From Scenedesmus sp. PABB004 (lineage: Eukaryota): a stretch of 64,000 nt of DNA. Positions 47,921-60,747 of the stretch are shown one piece after another; the first letter of the stretch is position 1, and every line of letters starts with the position of its first letter. Made by a program: the position numbers and the translations under genes. The stretch spans positions 868,001 through 932,000 of the forward strand of contig JABVCE010000014.1 in the NCBI GenBank assembly GCA_014905635.1, read 5' to 3'. The notes beneath the pieces were generated by a model. The model had not been told where the DNA came from. It saw only the letters and a list, made by a program, of their open reading frames with translations, and did not search any database.

Positions 47921-48909
47921 GCGCCCGCAGGCACCCAATGGCCGCAGAAACGTTATAGTGTGCCTTGCACAGCTGCTGCACAGCACAGCACCCCGCCCCG
48001 CGCGCCGCCAGACCCTGTGGTCCGGCGGCCGCGCCCGCGCAGCTCGCGGGCGGCGCCATCCCCTTGGCCTGACGCGGCGCCAGTGCTGTGCGATCGATGC
48101 ACAGCAGTTGAACCAATAATTGCTTGCTGCGGCCGGGCGAGCGGCCCTGTGGCCGCCGCACACGTGCGCTCTGGGGCAGGGGGCAGGGGGCACTCCAACG
48201 CCAGTTGATTAGGGTGGGAGGGGCGCCATCGAACGCATGCCGCCAAGCGCCCGCGCTGCTTTGCGGGGCGCTGCGCGTTTGCCCTTAGCAGCTCCCTGGC
48301 AGGCATAGACTAGATTAGAGGCTGATTGCAGGCTTAATAAAAACCCAACAGAGTGCAGCGAGCTGCCCCGGATGGATGTTGACGGGGCGCCAACCGCGCC
48401 CGCGTGCGTGAGAGCTGTGCGTGTGTGCATTGCGGCGGCGCCCGCGGCCGCTTAAGCGCGTGGGATCCGCTTGCGTCGTCTGCTGAGCGTGAAACGAGAG
48501 ACTGGACGAGCGGCGGGGCCCCGGCGTCAACGCTGCGCCGAGCTGCTGCGCGGCGGCGCCGGCAGCGAGAGGCGGCGAACACCGGCGGCGCACGCGCTCG
48601 GCAGCGGACTCGACTCATGCCTCAACCCGGCAGCTGCGGGCGCGGACAGCAACCACCTGCGGGCAGCGCAGGGCTCGCCGCCGCCCGAGAGACTTTACGG
48701 CGCTCTGCGCGTGCTGCACGCCCCGCTGCGCGCCTGGGTCCGTAACGCTTTGCTACTCGCGTGGACACCCCCAAGCAGCTCGACCAGCGCCGTACGCTCC
48801 GCACCGCGGCGGGCGGTTCCACGGCCTCAGCGCGCGCTTTTCGCCTGGCTCCGCTGACAGCGCGCGGACGTGCCCCGTAGCTCTCCAACAGCGATGCGGA
48901 GCTGATGCG

Positions 48910-51852
48910 ATGGCCGCAGCAGCCATGCGGCTCCTGCTGCTGGCGGTGTGCGCGCTGGCAGCAGGCGCCCGCGCAGGAGCGGCGGCGCAGCGGGGGTGGG
49001 CCGGCGCCGACACGTCCGCGTGTCCGGCCGCGGCCAACGCGACGCGCGGTGAGAGCTGGCAGCCTGCTGCCCCTGGGCAGCCGCGCCGCCGCCGCCGTCG
49101 TCGCTCACGCGCCGCCGCTCACCATGTGGCCGCATTCGCACGCGCGCAGAGCCCATCGGCATGTGGGGCTGCGCCGGCGAGGCCTGGCGGGCGGGCGGCC
49201 CGCTGTCGGACTGGTCGTTCGCGGGGTACGGCGCGGGCCTGGAGGCCATCCCCGACGCGCCCGTGGCGGTGGACGTGCGGCGCGACTTTGAGGCCGCCGG
49301 CGACGGCGTGACCGACGACACGGCCGCGGTGCTGGCGGCGCTCAAGGCCACGCAGGCGGGCGGCGGTGTGATCTTTTTCCCGCCGGGCAGGTACCTGCTG
49401 CGCAACAAGCTCAACATCAGCAGCAACCAGGTCCTGCGCGGAGCGGGGCGCGACGCGACGACGCTGCTGTTCAACACCTCGCTGCAGCAGCTCTACGGCT
49501 GGGGCCCGCGCTGGCGCGCGGGGCAGGAGGCCAGCCCCTACACCTGGTCCGGCGCCCTCATCTCCACGCAGCGTGAGACCTACTTGGACGACGGCTGGCG
49601 CATGCGCCTCGCAGACGTCGCCGCGCCGGCGCGCCGCGGCGAGCGCCGGCTGCGCGTGGCCGGCCTGCAGCGCGGGGCGGCGCGCGCGGACGCGCTGTTT
49701 GTGCGCGGCGCGTGGCTGGCGCTGCGCATGTTTGAGAACGGCCGCGGCGACCTCGCGCACGCGCTGTGCAACCGCCGCGCGCCGGTCGGCGCCGACCTGG
49801 GCCGTGACTTTGGCGGCGGGGCGATGCTCACGCACGCGAGCCGCATCCTCGCCGCGGGCGACGACTGGGTGGAGCTGGAGCGGCCGCTGCCCGTGGACGT
49901 GGACCTCGAGTTCAAGCCCACGCTCGTGACGTGCGCGCTGCGCGCTGCGCGCTGCGCGGTGCGCGCTGGAGCCACAACCGGGCGGCGCCTGCTGCAGGCT
50001 GACGCGCCGCGCCGTGCCGCGCCGCGCCGTGCCGCGCCGCGCAGCTCCCAGAACTTCAAGGTCACCGGCGTGGGCGTGGAGGACCTGACCGTTGAGTTCC
50101 CCTGGACGCCCTACCTCGGCCACCACGAGGGTGCGCCGCCGGGGCCCACGCGGCGCGAGCGCGAGCACGGCCCTGGCCCCTGGCTGGCCGCGCGGCGGCG
50201 GCGCTGCCGCCGCGCGTGCTCGCTGCGGCACGCGGCTGACGCGCCGCCACCGCGCGCCGCATGCAGAGCCGGGCTACAATGCCATTGAGTTTGAGGCGGC
50301 GACCAACTCCTGGGTGCGCCGCGTGCGCATCATCAACGCCGACTCTGGCATCAAGCTGTATTCGTCCATCTTCAACACAGTCAGCGACATCGAGGTCGGC
50401 ACCTCGCCCAAGCCGCGCCGCGGCGGGCGCTGGTACGGGCGGGACGAGGTGATGCAGGACACTGACAAGGACGGCCACATGGCCATCGCGCTGCACTGGG
50501 CGTGCTTTGACAACCTGGTCGAGCGCTTCAACATCACGCCGTGAGTCTGAACCAACAGCTGTGCTGGGGCTGAGCTGAGCCGGCCTGCGCCGTGCTGCGC
50601 TGCGCTGAGCAGGCGCTGCGCGCACGCTCGCTGACCCGCCCCCCGCCCCGCCGCTGGCGCAGCATCTTTTACCACGAGCTCCTGGTCGCCGGCTACTCGG
50701 CGCACAACGTCTTCTCCAACGGCACCGGCACCGACGTCTGCCTCGACCACCACGGCGGCGCGCCGCACAACAACCTGTGGACCGACATCGACCTCGGCTC
50801 CGGCCAGGCCGCGATGCGCTGGTCGGGCGCGCCCCAGCACTTCCCCTTTGCCGGCAGCAACAACACGTTTTGGAACGTCTGGGCCAGCGCCATCCCGCCG
50901 GCCGTGGACTACGCGGCCAAGCTGGCGCCCGCGCGCGCGGCCGACACGGCCGCGGCCCGCCTCGACGTGCGCCGGCGGCGGCGCGCCACGCGGCTGCCCG
51001 TGATGAGCCGCCCCGCGTCCATCCAGGGCTACGGCCAGGTCGTGGTGGACATGCCGCTGGACGCCAACCAGCCGGCCATCCGAGAGGTGCGAGCTCGCCG
51101 CGCAGGCCAGGCGCACTGCCGGCGGCTGCCGCGCGACCGCGGCACTCACGCGGCGCCCGCCCTGGCGCCTGCCGGCACCGCAGGCCGGTGACTGGCTGGT
51201 GCTGTACTCGCTGGAGCGGCGCGTCTGGCCGGCCAACCTGCACGCCGCCATGCGGGCGACGCAGGCCCAGCGCCTGCAGCTGGCGGGCCGCGGCGATGAC
51301 GCTGGCCAGCAGCAGCCAGGCAGCGTGCGCGGTGGCGCGGCGCCCGTGCCCGCGCCGCCGATCAGTCAGCTGCTGCCGGCGCTGGACGCAGCGCTGCGCG
51401 CGGCGCAGGGGCGCCCGGTCGTCGGCGCCGGCCCTGACGCGGGCGGCGGCGCAGCAGCTGCTGCGGCGGCCGCCGAGGGCGACGAGGGCAAGGGCGCGGC
51501 GCAGGGCGCTGGCGGCCTGGCGCGCGGCGGTGAGCAGCAGGGCAGCTCTGCGGGCGGCAGCGCGGCTGACCAAGCTCCGTTGTTTTGGCCAGCTGGCACG
51601 CCGCCTCCAGCGCCCCCGCCGCCGCCGGCGGTGCCCGCGCTGCCGGGAGTGCCAGCGGCGCCTGCTGCCGCGTCGGCTCCCGGCAGCAGCAGCGGCGGCG
51701 GGGACGTGCGCGGCGCGGTGCGGGACGTCGATGCCGCCAGTGTGGCGCAGCTGGCGCACGAAACCGCCGCCGTTGCAGCTGCTGTCGCGGCGCTGGTGAC
51801 TGCGCTGGCATCGGGCACGCAGCAGGCCGGCGCCGCCCTGGCCGCGTGGTAA
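48910..51852 (+). CDS. Secreted pectate-lyase-superfamily protein B (tandem paralog of A)
   Basis: Signal peptide MRLLLLAVCALAAGARAG (ATG 48910 or 48925). Same core motifs as A with a different internal segment and tail. Stop TAA 51852. Confidence 0.8.
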
Positions 51853-51989
51853 CTCGGGAGTCGCTGCGGCGCCGGCGGGATTCCGCGCGCGCAGCCGCCC
51901 GTCGGTCACCACTCTGCCCCCCCCCCCCCCCTCGCCCCCCCCCCCCTCCGGCCATGTCGGTCGCCTGAGCGCGTCGCCGTCCCTTCCCA

Positions 51990-54900
51990 TCACAGCGGCG
52001 GCAGCTGCGCCGGCGGGAAGCGCACGCGCGCCCAGCCCGCCTCGTGGCGCGCCCAGTGGTGCCAGCCGAGCCTCGTGAGCAGCACCGCCTTGAGCTTGGA
52101 GGCCTCGGCCGCGCCGGCGCCGGGGACCTCGTCCGCGGGCGCGATGAGCTTGTCCAGCGCGGCCAGCGCCGCCGCCAGCCTGCGCGGCGGGACGGCGGGC
52201 ACGCACGCACGGGCGCGCCGGCGGGGGTTCAGCCGGTGGGGGTCCCCGCACGCGCGCGCCCCCGCCGCCGCCAGCGCTGCTGCTGCCAGCTAGGCAGCGC
52301 TGCCGTGTGCGCTGCGCCCGCACCTGCTGGCGGCGGCCTCCACGCGCGCGTGCAGCAGGAGGTGCTCCTTGTCCGCGGCCGTGTCGACCCACTGCCGCAG
52401 CGCCGCGGCGGTGGCCGCGACGTCGGCCGCGGCAGCCGCCGTGGCGTCGCCGGTCGCGGCCTGCGGGCGCCGCGCGGTGTGCGTGAGTGAGGCAGCGCAG
52501 CGGCTCGGCCCTCCAGCAGGAGCTGCGCGGTGTCGCGCCTGGGCGCAGCACGGCCGGGCCGCACCTCCGCCAGCTCCAGCTGCGCGCCCAGCTTGGTGCG
52601 CAGCGCCTCCAGCAGCGCCGCCTTGGCTGCATCCATGTCTGCCTTTTGCTCCTTGTACGCCTTGGCTGCGGGGGCCGCCGGGGCCGCATCAGCAGCGCCG
52701 GCGTCGCCGCCGGGCTCGGCAGCGGCGCTGCCGGGCGCGGCGCCGCCGGCGGCGCCGCCGGCGGCGGTGCCGGCGGCATCGTCGTCGTCGGCGGGCGCGC
52801 GCAGCGCCGTGAACGCCGCGAGCGCGGTGGCGTCGATCGCCGCCAGCACGCCGTCGGCCGCGGCCACCACGCCCGGCAGGCCCGCCAGGCGGTCGTCGCC
52901 CTTGGCCGCGGCCTCGCGCCTGCGGCGCGCGGGGGCGCGTGTGCTGGGCGCGCGGGGCGGGGCGCGCGCGGCCGCGCCGCGTGCGCCGACCGCGCCGCCG
53001 AGCGCACACCTGCGAAGGATCTCCAGCAGGAGCGGCAGGTGGTCCGGCGCCTCGGCGAGCAGCTCGGCCTCGAGCTTCTTGGCCAGCGCCGCCTCGTCGT
53101 CGCCGTCGCCGCGCAGCTCCTTCAGCAGCGCCAGCCGCGCGTCGCGCAGCGCGACCGACAGCTGCGGCCGCCGTGCGTGTGAGTGTGTGTGCGGGCGGGG
53201 CGGGCGGGCGTCGGCGGTGCGGCGGGCGAGGCGGCGCCTGCGCCAGGCGACGGCAACACCGCGCGGCGCCTCCCCAGCCCCTGCCGCGCACCCGCTCCGC
53301 CGGCGCCTTCTTCGCGCCGGCGCCTGCCTTGCCGCCCGCCTCGTCCTTCTTGCCCGCCTTGTCCCCGGGCGGCGCAGGCACAAACGCAAACGGCGTCGCC
53401 GCGGGCGCGGCGCCGCTGCCGCGCCGCAGCTGGCCCAGGGTCAGGACGCCCTCAAACACGCGCCCTGCGCGCGGGCGGTGTGTGTGTGTGTGTGTGTGTG
53501 TTGGCGGGCGGGTGGTCTGGCGGCCCTGGCTGCCAGGGCTGTGGTGCCCTGGCTGCCGGCTGCGCCCGCGGCCCCGCGCCCGCCACGCGCTCGCCACGCG
53601 CTCGCCACGCGCCCGCCACGCGCGCCGCCGCGCCGCCGCACCGGCCGCGTCCTTGGGCAGCTTGTCGTCCGGCACGGGGCCCAGCCACAGCGCGGCGCGG
53701 TCGCCGGCCGCGAGGAAGGTCTCCCCCGCGGGCGTGCCGCCGGTCACCGCCGCGGCGTGGCTCGCATACACGGGCACTGCCACGGGCGCGTCGAGCTTGC
53801 GGCTCAGCACCTGTGGCCAGGGGGTGAGCGCGCGGGAGGTGAGCGAGCGGGCGGCAACGCGCACGTGGCGCGTGCCTGCGGCGCCGCGCGGCGGCGCGCT
53901 GGCGCTGCGGGGCGCCCGCACCAGGCAGGTCGTGGCCTTGAGCTTCTCCAGCAGCGCCCGGTCCTCGTGCCGCAGGCACACGCGCGCGGTGTGGTCGCCC
54001 TTGGCCAGCGCGACCTGCGCGTGCGTGTTTGTATGCGTGGGGCCCCGCCCGCGACGGCGCGTGCGCGCGAGGCCGGGGTGGCCACACCCTGCCCTGCCCG
54101 CGCCGCACCTCGTCTGGGACCGCATCTCCGGTGTAAAGCAGCCGGCCGCGCGCGTCAAACACCTGTGGCGGTGGCGGCGGTGGCGTTTGAGTGCAGGGCG
54201 AGCTTGCTTGCGGGGGCGCACACCTCGCCCTGCTCGCCGTGGCATGCGGGCCACGAGCCCCGCCGCGCGCGCGGCCGCCCACCTGCGTGAGCTGCGCCTC
54301 CAGCGGCGAGTCGTACAGGTACCTGCGGAGGGCAGAGGAGGGAGGAGGGAGGGACGAGGGCGGGGCGTGAGCGTGAGGAGGCATCGCGGTGCCGCCGCCG
54401 CGGCGGCTGCGGCGCGCGCGCGCGGGCTCCACGCCCAGCGCCGCGGCGCCGGCAGGGGCCGCCAGCGCGCGCACACGCGCCTGTTGGTGAGGGGCAGGCA
54501 GGGCTTGTACTTGCCGCCCTCCGCCACGGTGAAGGCGTAGGTCAGCACCAGGCGGTACGTCACGCGCCCGCCGGGCAGCACGTCGCGCGGGTCCAGCAGC
54601 GGCTCCAGCGCGCACTCCTTGGGCCGCAGCGTCACGCTCGCGTGCGTGAGCTTGGCGTCCGGCTTGACGCGCTGCCGGCGCAGCGGCGACGACACGAGCA
54701 GCTGCGCGCGCGCGGCGGCGACGGCGGGGGCGCAGGGTTGCGGGCGGTGCGGCGCCGCGGCGTGGCACGGCGCGGCGTGGCAAGCCCGGGTCTCACCCAC
54801 CTTGAGCGGGCCCGCGCCGCCGTCCAGCAGCAGCCCGTTGCCCGCGGCGCCCGCGGGGCCGCCGACGCCCACCACACCTGCGCAGCGCGGGCGGGCGCGG

Positions 54901-57900
54901 GTCGGCAGCACGCGGCGGCGCTGGCAGGCGCTGGGCCTACAAACCCCCGCGCGGCGCCCCGCCGCCGCCGCGGCCGCACCCGCGGCGGTCTGTGCGTCGA
55001 GGCCGTGGAAGGAAACCTCAACCTCCAGGCTGCTCGCGCCCAGGCTGCTCCAGAACTGGCTCAGCGTCAGCTCCAGCGTCGCCTCGCCGGCGACCTGCGA
55101 CGGTCGCGCGGGCCGGCGCGGCGGCGGGCGGGTCGCGGCGCGGCGCGGCGGAGCGCTGCGCGACGCAGAACCGTCGCAGGCTCATCAGCGTGTGGGCGCG
55201 CAGGGCGGGCGCCCAAGCCCCGCGGGCCTCGCCTTGAAGGCCGCGCTGTACTCGCTGTTTGGGGAGAGCGTGAGGTTGGTGCGCCACTCGCTGTCGGTGT
55301 AGCGCACGTCAGGCAGCAGCTGCGTGGCCCTGCGCGCGCCGCCGCGGGGCCGGCGGCGGCGGCAGCGCGTGAGCGCCGCCGGGCCTGGTGCCGGCGCAGC
55401 CCCCGGGCAGACAACAGGATCCAAGGCGCGCTGCGGGGCGCCGCGCCTGATCAGAAAGACTTTGGGCGTGTCGTACGCGCCCGCGCGCACGAGCAGCTCC
55501 GCCCACGTGGCGCCCGCGGGCACCGCCACAAAGCGGCGCAGCTCGTCGCCCGGCGCGAGCGGCAGCGGGCCGAGGCGCAGCGTGTGCGGCGGCAGCGCGT
55601 CGCCCGCGGTGCCGGCGCCGGCAGCGCGGCGGCGGCGGCGGCGGGCCCGCCCGACGGCGGCTGCTCCGCCGCCGGCGCGGCCGCGCCGGGCGCCGCGGCG
55701 TCGATGTCTGGGCTTGCGAGCAAGTCCTGGGGCCGGATGACCGTGGCGGGCAGCCTGAAGAGCGGCCCCGCGCCGTCGGGCGCGCCGGCGCTGAACGCGC
55801 GCAGCTCGGCGTAGTGCAGCCCGGGCGGCAGGCCGGTCGGGTCGACGCGGACCTCGAAGCTCCGCCCCGCGCCGTGCAGCAGCAGGCGCCCCGGCGCGGC
55901 GAGCCAGGGCGCGGTGGAGACCAGCAGCAGGTGCTCCTCGATCGCCAGCTTGTCACACACGGGCGCGTCCTGGCGCCGCCCGCGCGCGCGCGGGCACCGG
56001 TCGTCAAGGAGGCGGCGCGCCGCGCAGGCGAGGCGGCGCGAGCGGGCCACCGCCGGCAGCGCGCAGCCGGCCAGCCCCGGAGGGGCGGGCGCGCACCTCG
56101 TGCAAGACGGGCGTGACGGCCACGCTGTACGTCGCGGGCGCAGCGGCCTCGTGGGGCTGGCGCATGTAAATCCCGCGCCGAGGCGCGCCGAGGCCCGCGC
56201 TGCAGCCTGGGCCGCCCGACACGGCCACGTCGTACCTTCGCGCCGCGACGTGCACGGGGGTGAGTGCCGTGCAGAGAGGAGGGGCGCGCGCGGCCGGCCG
56301 CCGGCGCGGGCGGCACGCCGCGGCGGCGGCTCACCGCACGTCGGGCCGGTCCGCGTCGGCCGTCTGGCGCAGGAGCTCAAACGCCGCGTCGACCTGAGGC
56401 GAGCGAGCGGCGCGGCGGCGGGGCGCTGCTGTTGGAGCGCGCGCGCGCGCGCGTTCGTGCGCACCGCTGCGCGGAGGGCGCGTGCGCCGCCCGCCCCGCC
56501 CACCTGCAGCAGGCCGCGGCCGTGGGTGAGCACCGCGTCCGGTGCGGCACCGCCGAGCGGCGCGCACGTCGCCTCGACCGCGCGGCGCACGCGCGTCGGG
56601 CTGATCCACTGCCCCCCGCCCGCGCCGGCGGCGCTGCCCGGCGGCGGGCCCGTGCCGTCGCCGCCGCGCGGGCCGGGCGCTCCGAGGGCCTTCAGCCCCG
56701 ACAGCACCAGCGCCAGCCCGCCCGCCGCGCACGGCGACGCCATGCTGCGGCGGCGCAGCGGCGGCGCGGCACACGCGGCGGCCGGCGCTCAGCAGTCGGC
56801 CCGCGCAGGCGGCGCCCCGCCGCGCCGCGCTCGTTGCCCCTCCTGGCCCATCGCTTGGCCCACCGCCAGGCCCCTCACCTAAACCCTCGCCTGCCCAACT
56901 AAACCCTCAAACCTCAAAGCCCCCAAAACACACACACACACACACACGCGCGCGCGAACCTCGTGCCGTTCATCAGCTGCCGCTTCTGCAGCGTCCACCC
57001 CGGCACGGGCGCGATCGCGCCGCCCGGCGCCGACAGCGCGACGCCGACGTCGCCGTCCTGCGCGCGGCGGGCGGCGGGGGCGCGCAGGCTCGGCCGCGCG
57101 CAGGCTTTTGATGCGGCCGCGAGCAGCGCCGCAGCCACCGGGATCGCTCACCGCTGCGGGGCCCCGCGAGCTCCAGGTGTATTGCTGCCCCGCCCCCAGC
57201 TCCTCGCGCAGCGAGTGCCCAGCCGCCGCCTGCGCGCCGCGCACGGCAGGCCGCGCGTCAGCGCGGCGGCGGCTCGCGCGCTTGCGCCGCGACCCACAGG
57301 GAGAGAGCGAGAGAGCCTGGAGCCCAGGCCCGGGCCCGGCGCGCGGCGGCGCACCAGGTCGGGCGTCACATACGCGCCGATGCCCAGCAGCGCGCTGGAC
57401 GTGCCGCCGGGCGCGCCGACCGTGGACAGCGCGGGGCCTGGCGGCGCGGCGCGGCGCGGCGCGGGGTCAGTGGCCGGACCGGCCCGGCGCGGCCCGGCGC
57501 TCGCCGCGGAGCGCGCCGTGGCGGCACGCGCGCGCTGTGGCGCCGCACCCGCGTTGCCCGCGCTGGCCACGAAGACGATGCCCGCCTTGTGCACCGCCTC
57601 GGCCGCGACCGCGACCGCGCGGCCGGCGTCGGGGCGCGCGCACGGCTGCGCGGCGTGTGCGGGCGGGCGGGCGGGCGGGCGGCGCGTGAGCGCGCACGCG
57701 TGCGCGCGCGCCGTCGACCAGGCAGGCCCCCCGGCGGCTGCGGCTGCAGGGCGGGCCAGCGGTCGTGCCATGACGAGATGACTCACCTCGCCGTATGACA
57801 TGTTGATAATGTCGGCGCGCGCGGCCATGGCGGCGTTGAGCGCGCGCACGAGCCCCGTGCCCGTCTCCATGCTGCCGAGCCGCGAGTCGCCGATCTTGCA

Positions 57901-60014
57901 GGAAATGATCTGCGCGCCTGCGTGGGGCGCGGCGGGCGCGGCGGGCGCGGTGGGCGTGGAGGGCGCGGAGGGCGTGGCGGGCGCGGCGGCGGGTGGGCGT
58001 GTGCGCGCAGAGGACCCGGCCAGGCGCGCCGCGCCGCCAGCGCCGGCGCGCCGCTGGCGGCCGGCCGCGCACCCGGCGCGATGCCGTTGGCGGCGGGGTT
58101 GTCAGGGAAGTGGGCGGCCACGATGCCCGCGACGTGCGTGCCGTGCGCGCCCGCGTCGACCACGATGGACAGCGTGCGGCCCTCGTCGTACACCTGCGGC
58201 GGGCGCGCGGCGCGCCGCGCCGCGCGCGGCTGGGCGGCGGGGGCTACGCGCGCCCGCGCCCGCACTCGCCAGCCCCTCCCCGCTCCTCCCGCCTCTCCCG
58301 CCTCCCCTCCCGGGGGCGCGCCTTGATCGTATACGCGCAGCCGTCCTCGGCGCTGAACGTGCGGTGCTGCCGCTCGACCGCGTAGTCTGCCAGCGGCTCA
58401 AAGCCCGCCAGCGCGCCCGGGCGGGGCTCGGCGCCGCAGTCCGCGGCGCCGCCGTCCGCGGCGCCGCCGGCCGTGGCCTCGCCGGCGGCGTCGCCGTAGA
58501 GCTCGGACGTGTCGAGCGCGGCGCGCCAGGTGTCGCCGTCGTGCCACACCACGCAGTCGACCAGCGGGCCTGGGGTCGGCGGGCGCGGGCGGCGGCCGTC
58601 GGCGCGCCGCGCGCGCGTGCCTGGCGCCCGCTGCCCCGCCGCCGCCGCCGCCGCCGCAGCCGCGGCGGCCCAATCCCCCCAGCCCGCTCTCACCCGCGTC
58701 ATCGTGCACCTTGTAGGCGTCCTGCAGGTACGTCAGCCGCGCCTCCAGCTCAGACTTGCTCGGCGTCGCCTCGCCGGCTGCAGCCGCGGCGCCGCCGGCC
58801 GGCGCCGGCGCACCCTCCTTGCCCGCCGCCGCGAGCTGCGCCGCCGCGGCCGCGAGCGCGGAGCGCTGCGCCTCGTCAAACGCGCGCTTGCGCTGCTCCT
58901 TGACGCGCGCCTGCGGGGCCGCGCCGCGCGGGGCGGCGGTGGACGGGGTCAGGCAGCGGGGCGCGCCGCCGGCAGCCGCCCGGGGCGCCTGGCGCCCGGG
59001 CTGGCGCCGCGTGCCCGGTGCGCCCACTTCGCCCCGCGGCGCCGCGCCTGCAGGCTCTTGGGGAAGAGCTCGAACAGGCGCCGCGCGCCGACGTGCCAGC
59101 GGCCGCTCGGGTTGGCCCAGGCGGGGTTGGGGCGCAGCGCAGCGCCCGACGCGCCGGGAATCGTGCCGTCGTCGCGTGCGGTCACGACGGTGGAGGTGTC
59201 CACGTCGCCGCTGCCGGTGCAGTCCATGACGTCGATGATCTGCAGGGGGGGGGGGGGCACGCGGCGACCGCGCGGGCGCTGGCACGTGGGCGTCGGCGCA
59301 AGGCGCGAGAGAGCTGGCGCGGGGCCGGCGGCGGGGCGCGGCCGCGCGCGCCGGCCGGCGCGCCTTGGGTTTGCCGTCGGTCGTGACCTGCAGGCCCGCG
59401 GCGCTGGGGTCCACGCCGCTGCGCGCGGGCCGGCGGCGGGCGCGCGGGGGCGTCGGCGGCGTGCCGGGAGCGGGAGCCCCGCCGCGCGCGGCGGCCGCGG
59501 CCGCCGCTCACGTGTCAAAGATGCAGACCACCACGCCGCGGCCGTCGTACTCCGGGTACTGTTGGAGGAAGCGCAGCGCGCCGATCTCGCTCTTGGGCAT
59601 CGCGCCGGCAAACAGCGCCTGCACGTCGGCCGCCGCCGCCGCGGCGCCGCCGCCGCCGCCGCCCGCCATCGCCGCGCCGCCGCTGGCGCGCCGCGCTGTG
59701 CTGTCGGCGGGCGCCTGCGCGGCCGCTGGCTGGGGCGCGCCGCCCTGCTGCTGCTGCTGCTGCTGCTGCACGCGCGGGGGCTTGGGCTGCAGCCGCGCGG
59801 CCGGGGCGCCGTCCGCGGCGGGCGCGCCGCCCGAGCTGGTGGCGCCGACGCTGCGGCTGGCGCGTGCCGCGATCCCGATTGGCAGCCGCGCGGGCCGGCC
59901 GGCTGCCGCCACCAAAGAGCAGGCCCGGCGCAGGAGGAGCGCCGTGGCTGGGACGCCGCCGCGGGCAGTCGCGCCGCGCCGCTGCTGCTGGCGTGCCGGG
60001 GCGCCGCCGATCAT
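51990..60014 (-). CDS. TPP2: Tripeptidyl-peptidase II (subtilisin S8 family), multi-exon
   Basis: [34 protein letters not shown] (catalytic Asp), [14 protein letters not shown] (His), [13 protein letters not shown] (Ser), plus [20 protein letters not shown] and RRGIYMRQP. Ends [10 protein letters not shown]. Start at 60014 or 59669. Confidence 0.93.
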
Positions 60015-60747
60015 GCAACCTCGAGCCGCGACAGCGCAGGCGCGGCTGATCCGCCTGGAGCGTGCGAGGCGCCTGCGGGGAAGACGGGCCGGGCGTGGTG
60101 CGGTGGGGCGCGGCGGCAGCGCGGCGCGCTGCTGTTCGGCGCTCGTGTGCGCCGCGCCGGGCGCCGGCCGGCCAGCGGCCGTCCGGCATGGAGCCACGCG
60201 TGCGGCGTGCGGTGACAGCCAGCACGCCCAGCGCCACGCACGCACCTGGGGACCGCACCTCCGCGCCGCGTGCCGCTGTCGCTGCCACGCGTGGGCGCTG
60301 AGAGCGCGGAGCGGCCTGGGGCGTGTGATGGCCGGGACTGGGGGCGAGGGGAGCTTGCATCAAGACGCCAACGCAGTGCGTCGTCGAGCCCCAAACCCCG
60401 GTAAGCCGCCGCCCGCGGCGCTGCCGAGCGCTGCCGTGGGGCACTGCCGTCGGGCCGCGCGCGTCGTCGCTGGAAATTCGGTTCAGCACTCACGCGGACG
60501 GGCACACCCAGAGCTCCTCTCGGACGCCGTGTGGGCGCGCGCCGCCGAGGCGCGCGCTGCACAGCAGCCCCACGCACAGCCGGCTCCCAGTACAGGCGCG
60601 CCCCGCGCCGCCGACCGAATCAGGTCGCCCTGCACACCCCAGTCTAGCCGCCGCAAAGAATGGACACCCCATGCCCCACCCTGCCCCCCGCATGAGCAGT
60701 GCCGCCGGCCGCCCCGCCGCCTCCGCCGCCCCCGCCGCGCGCGCGCG

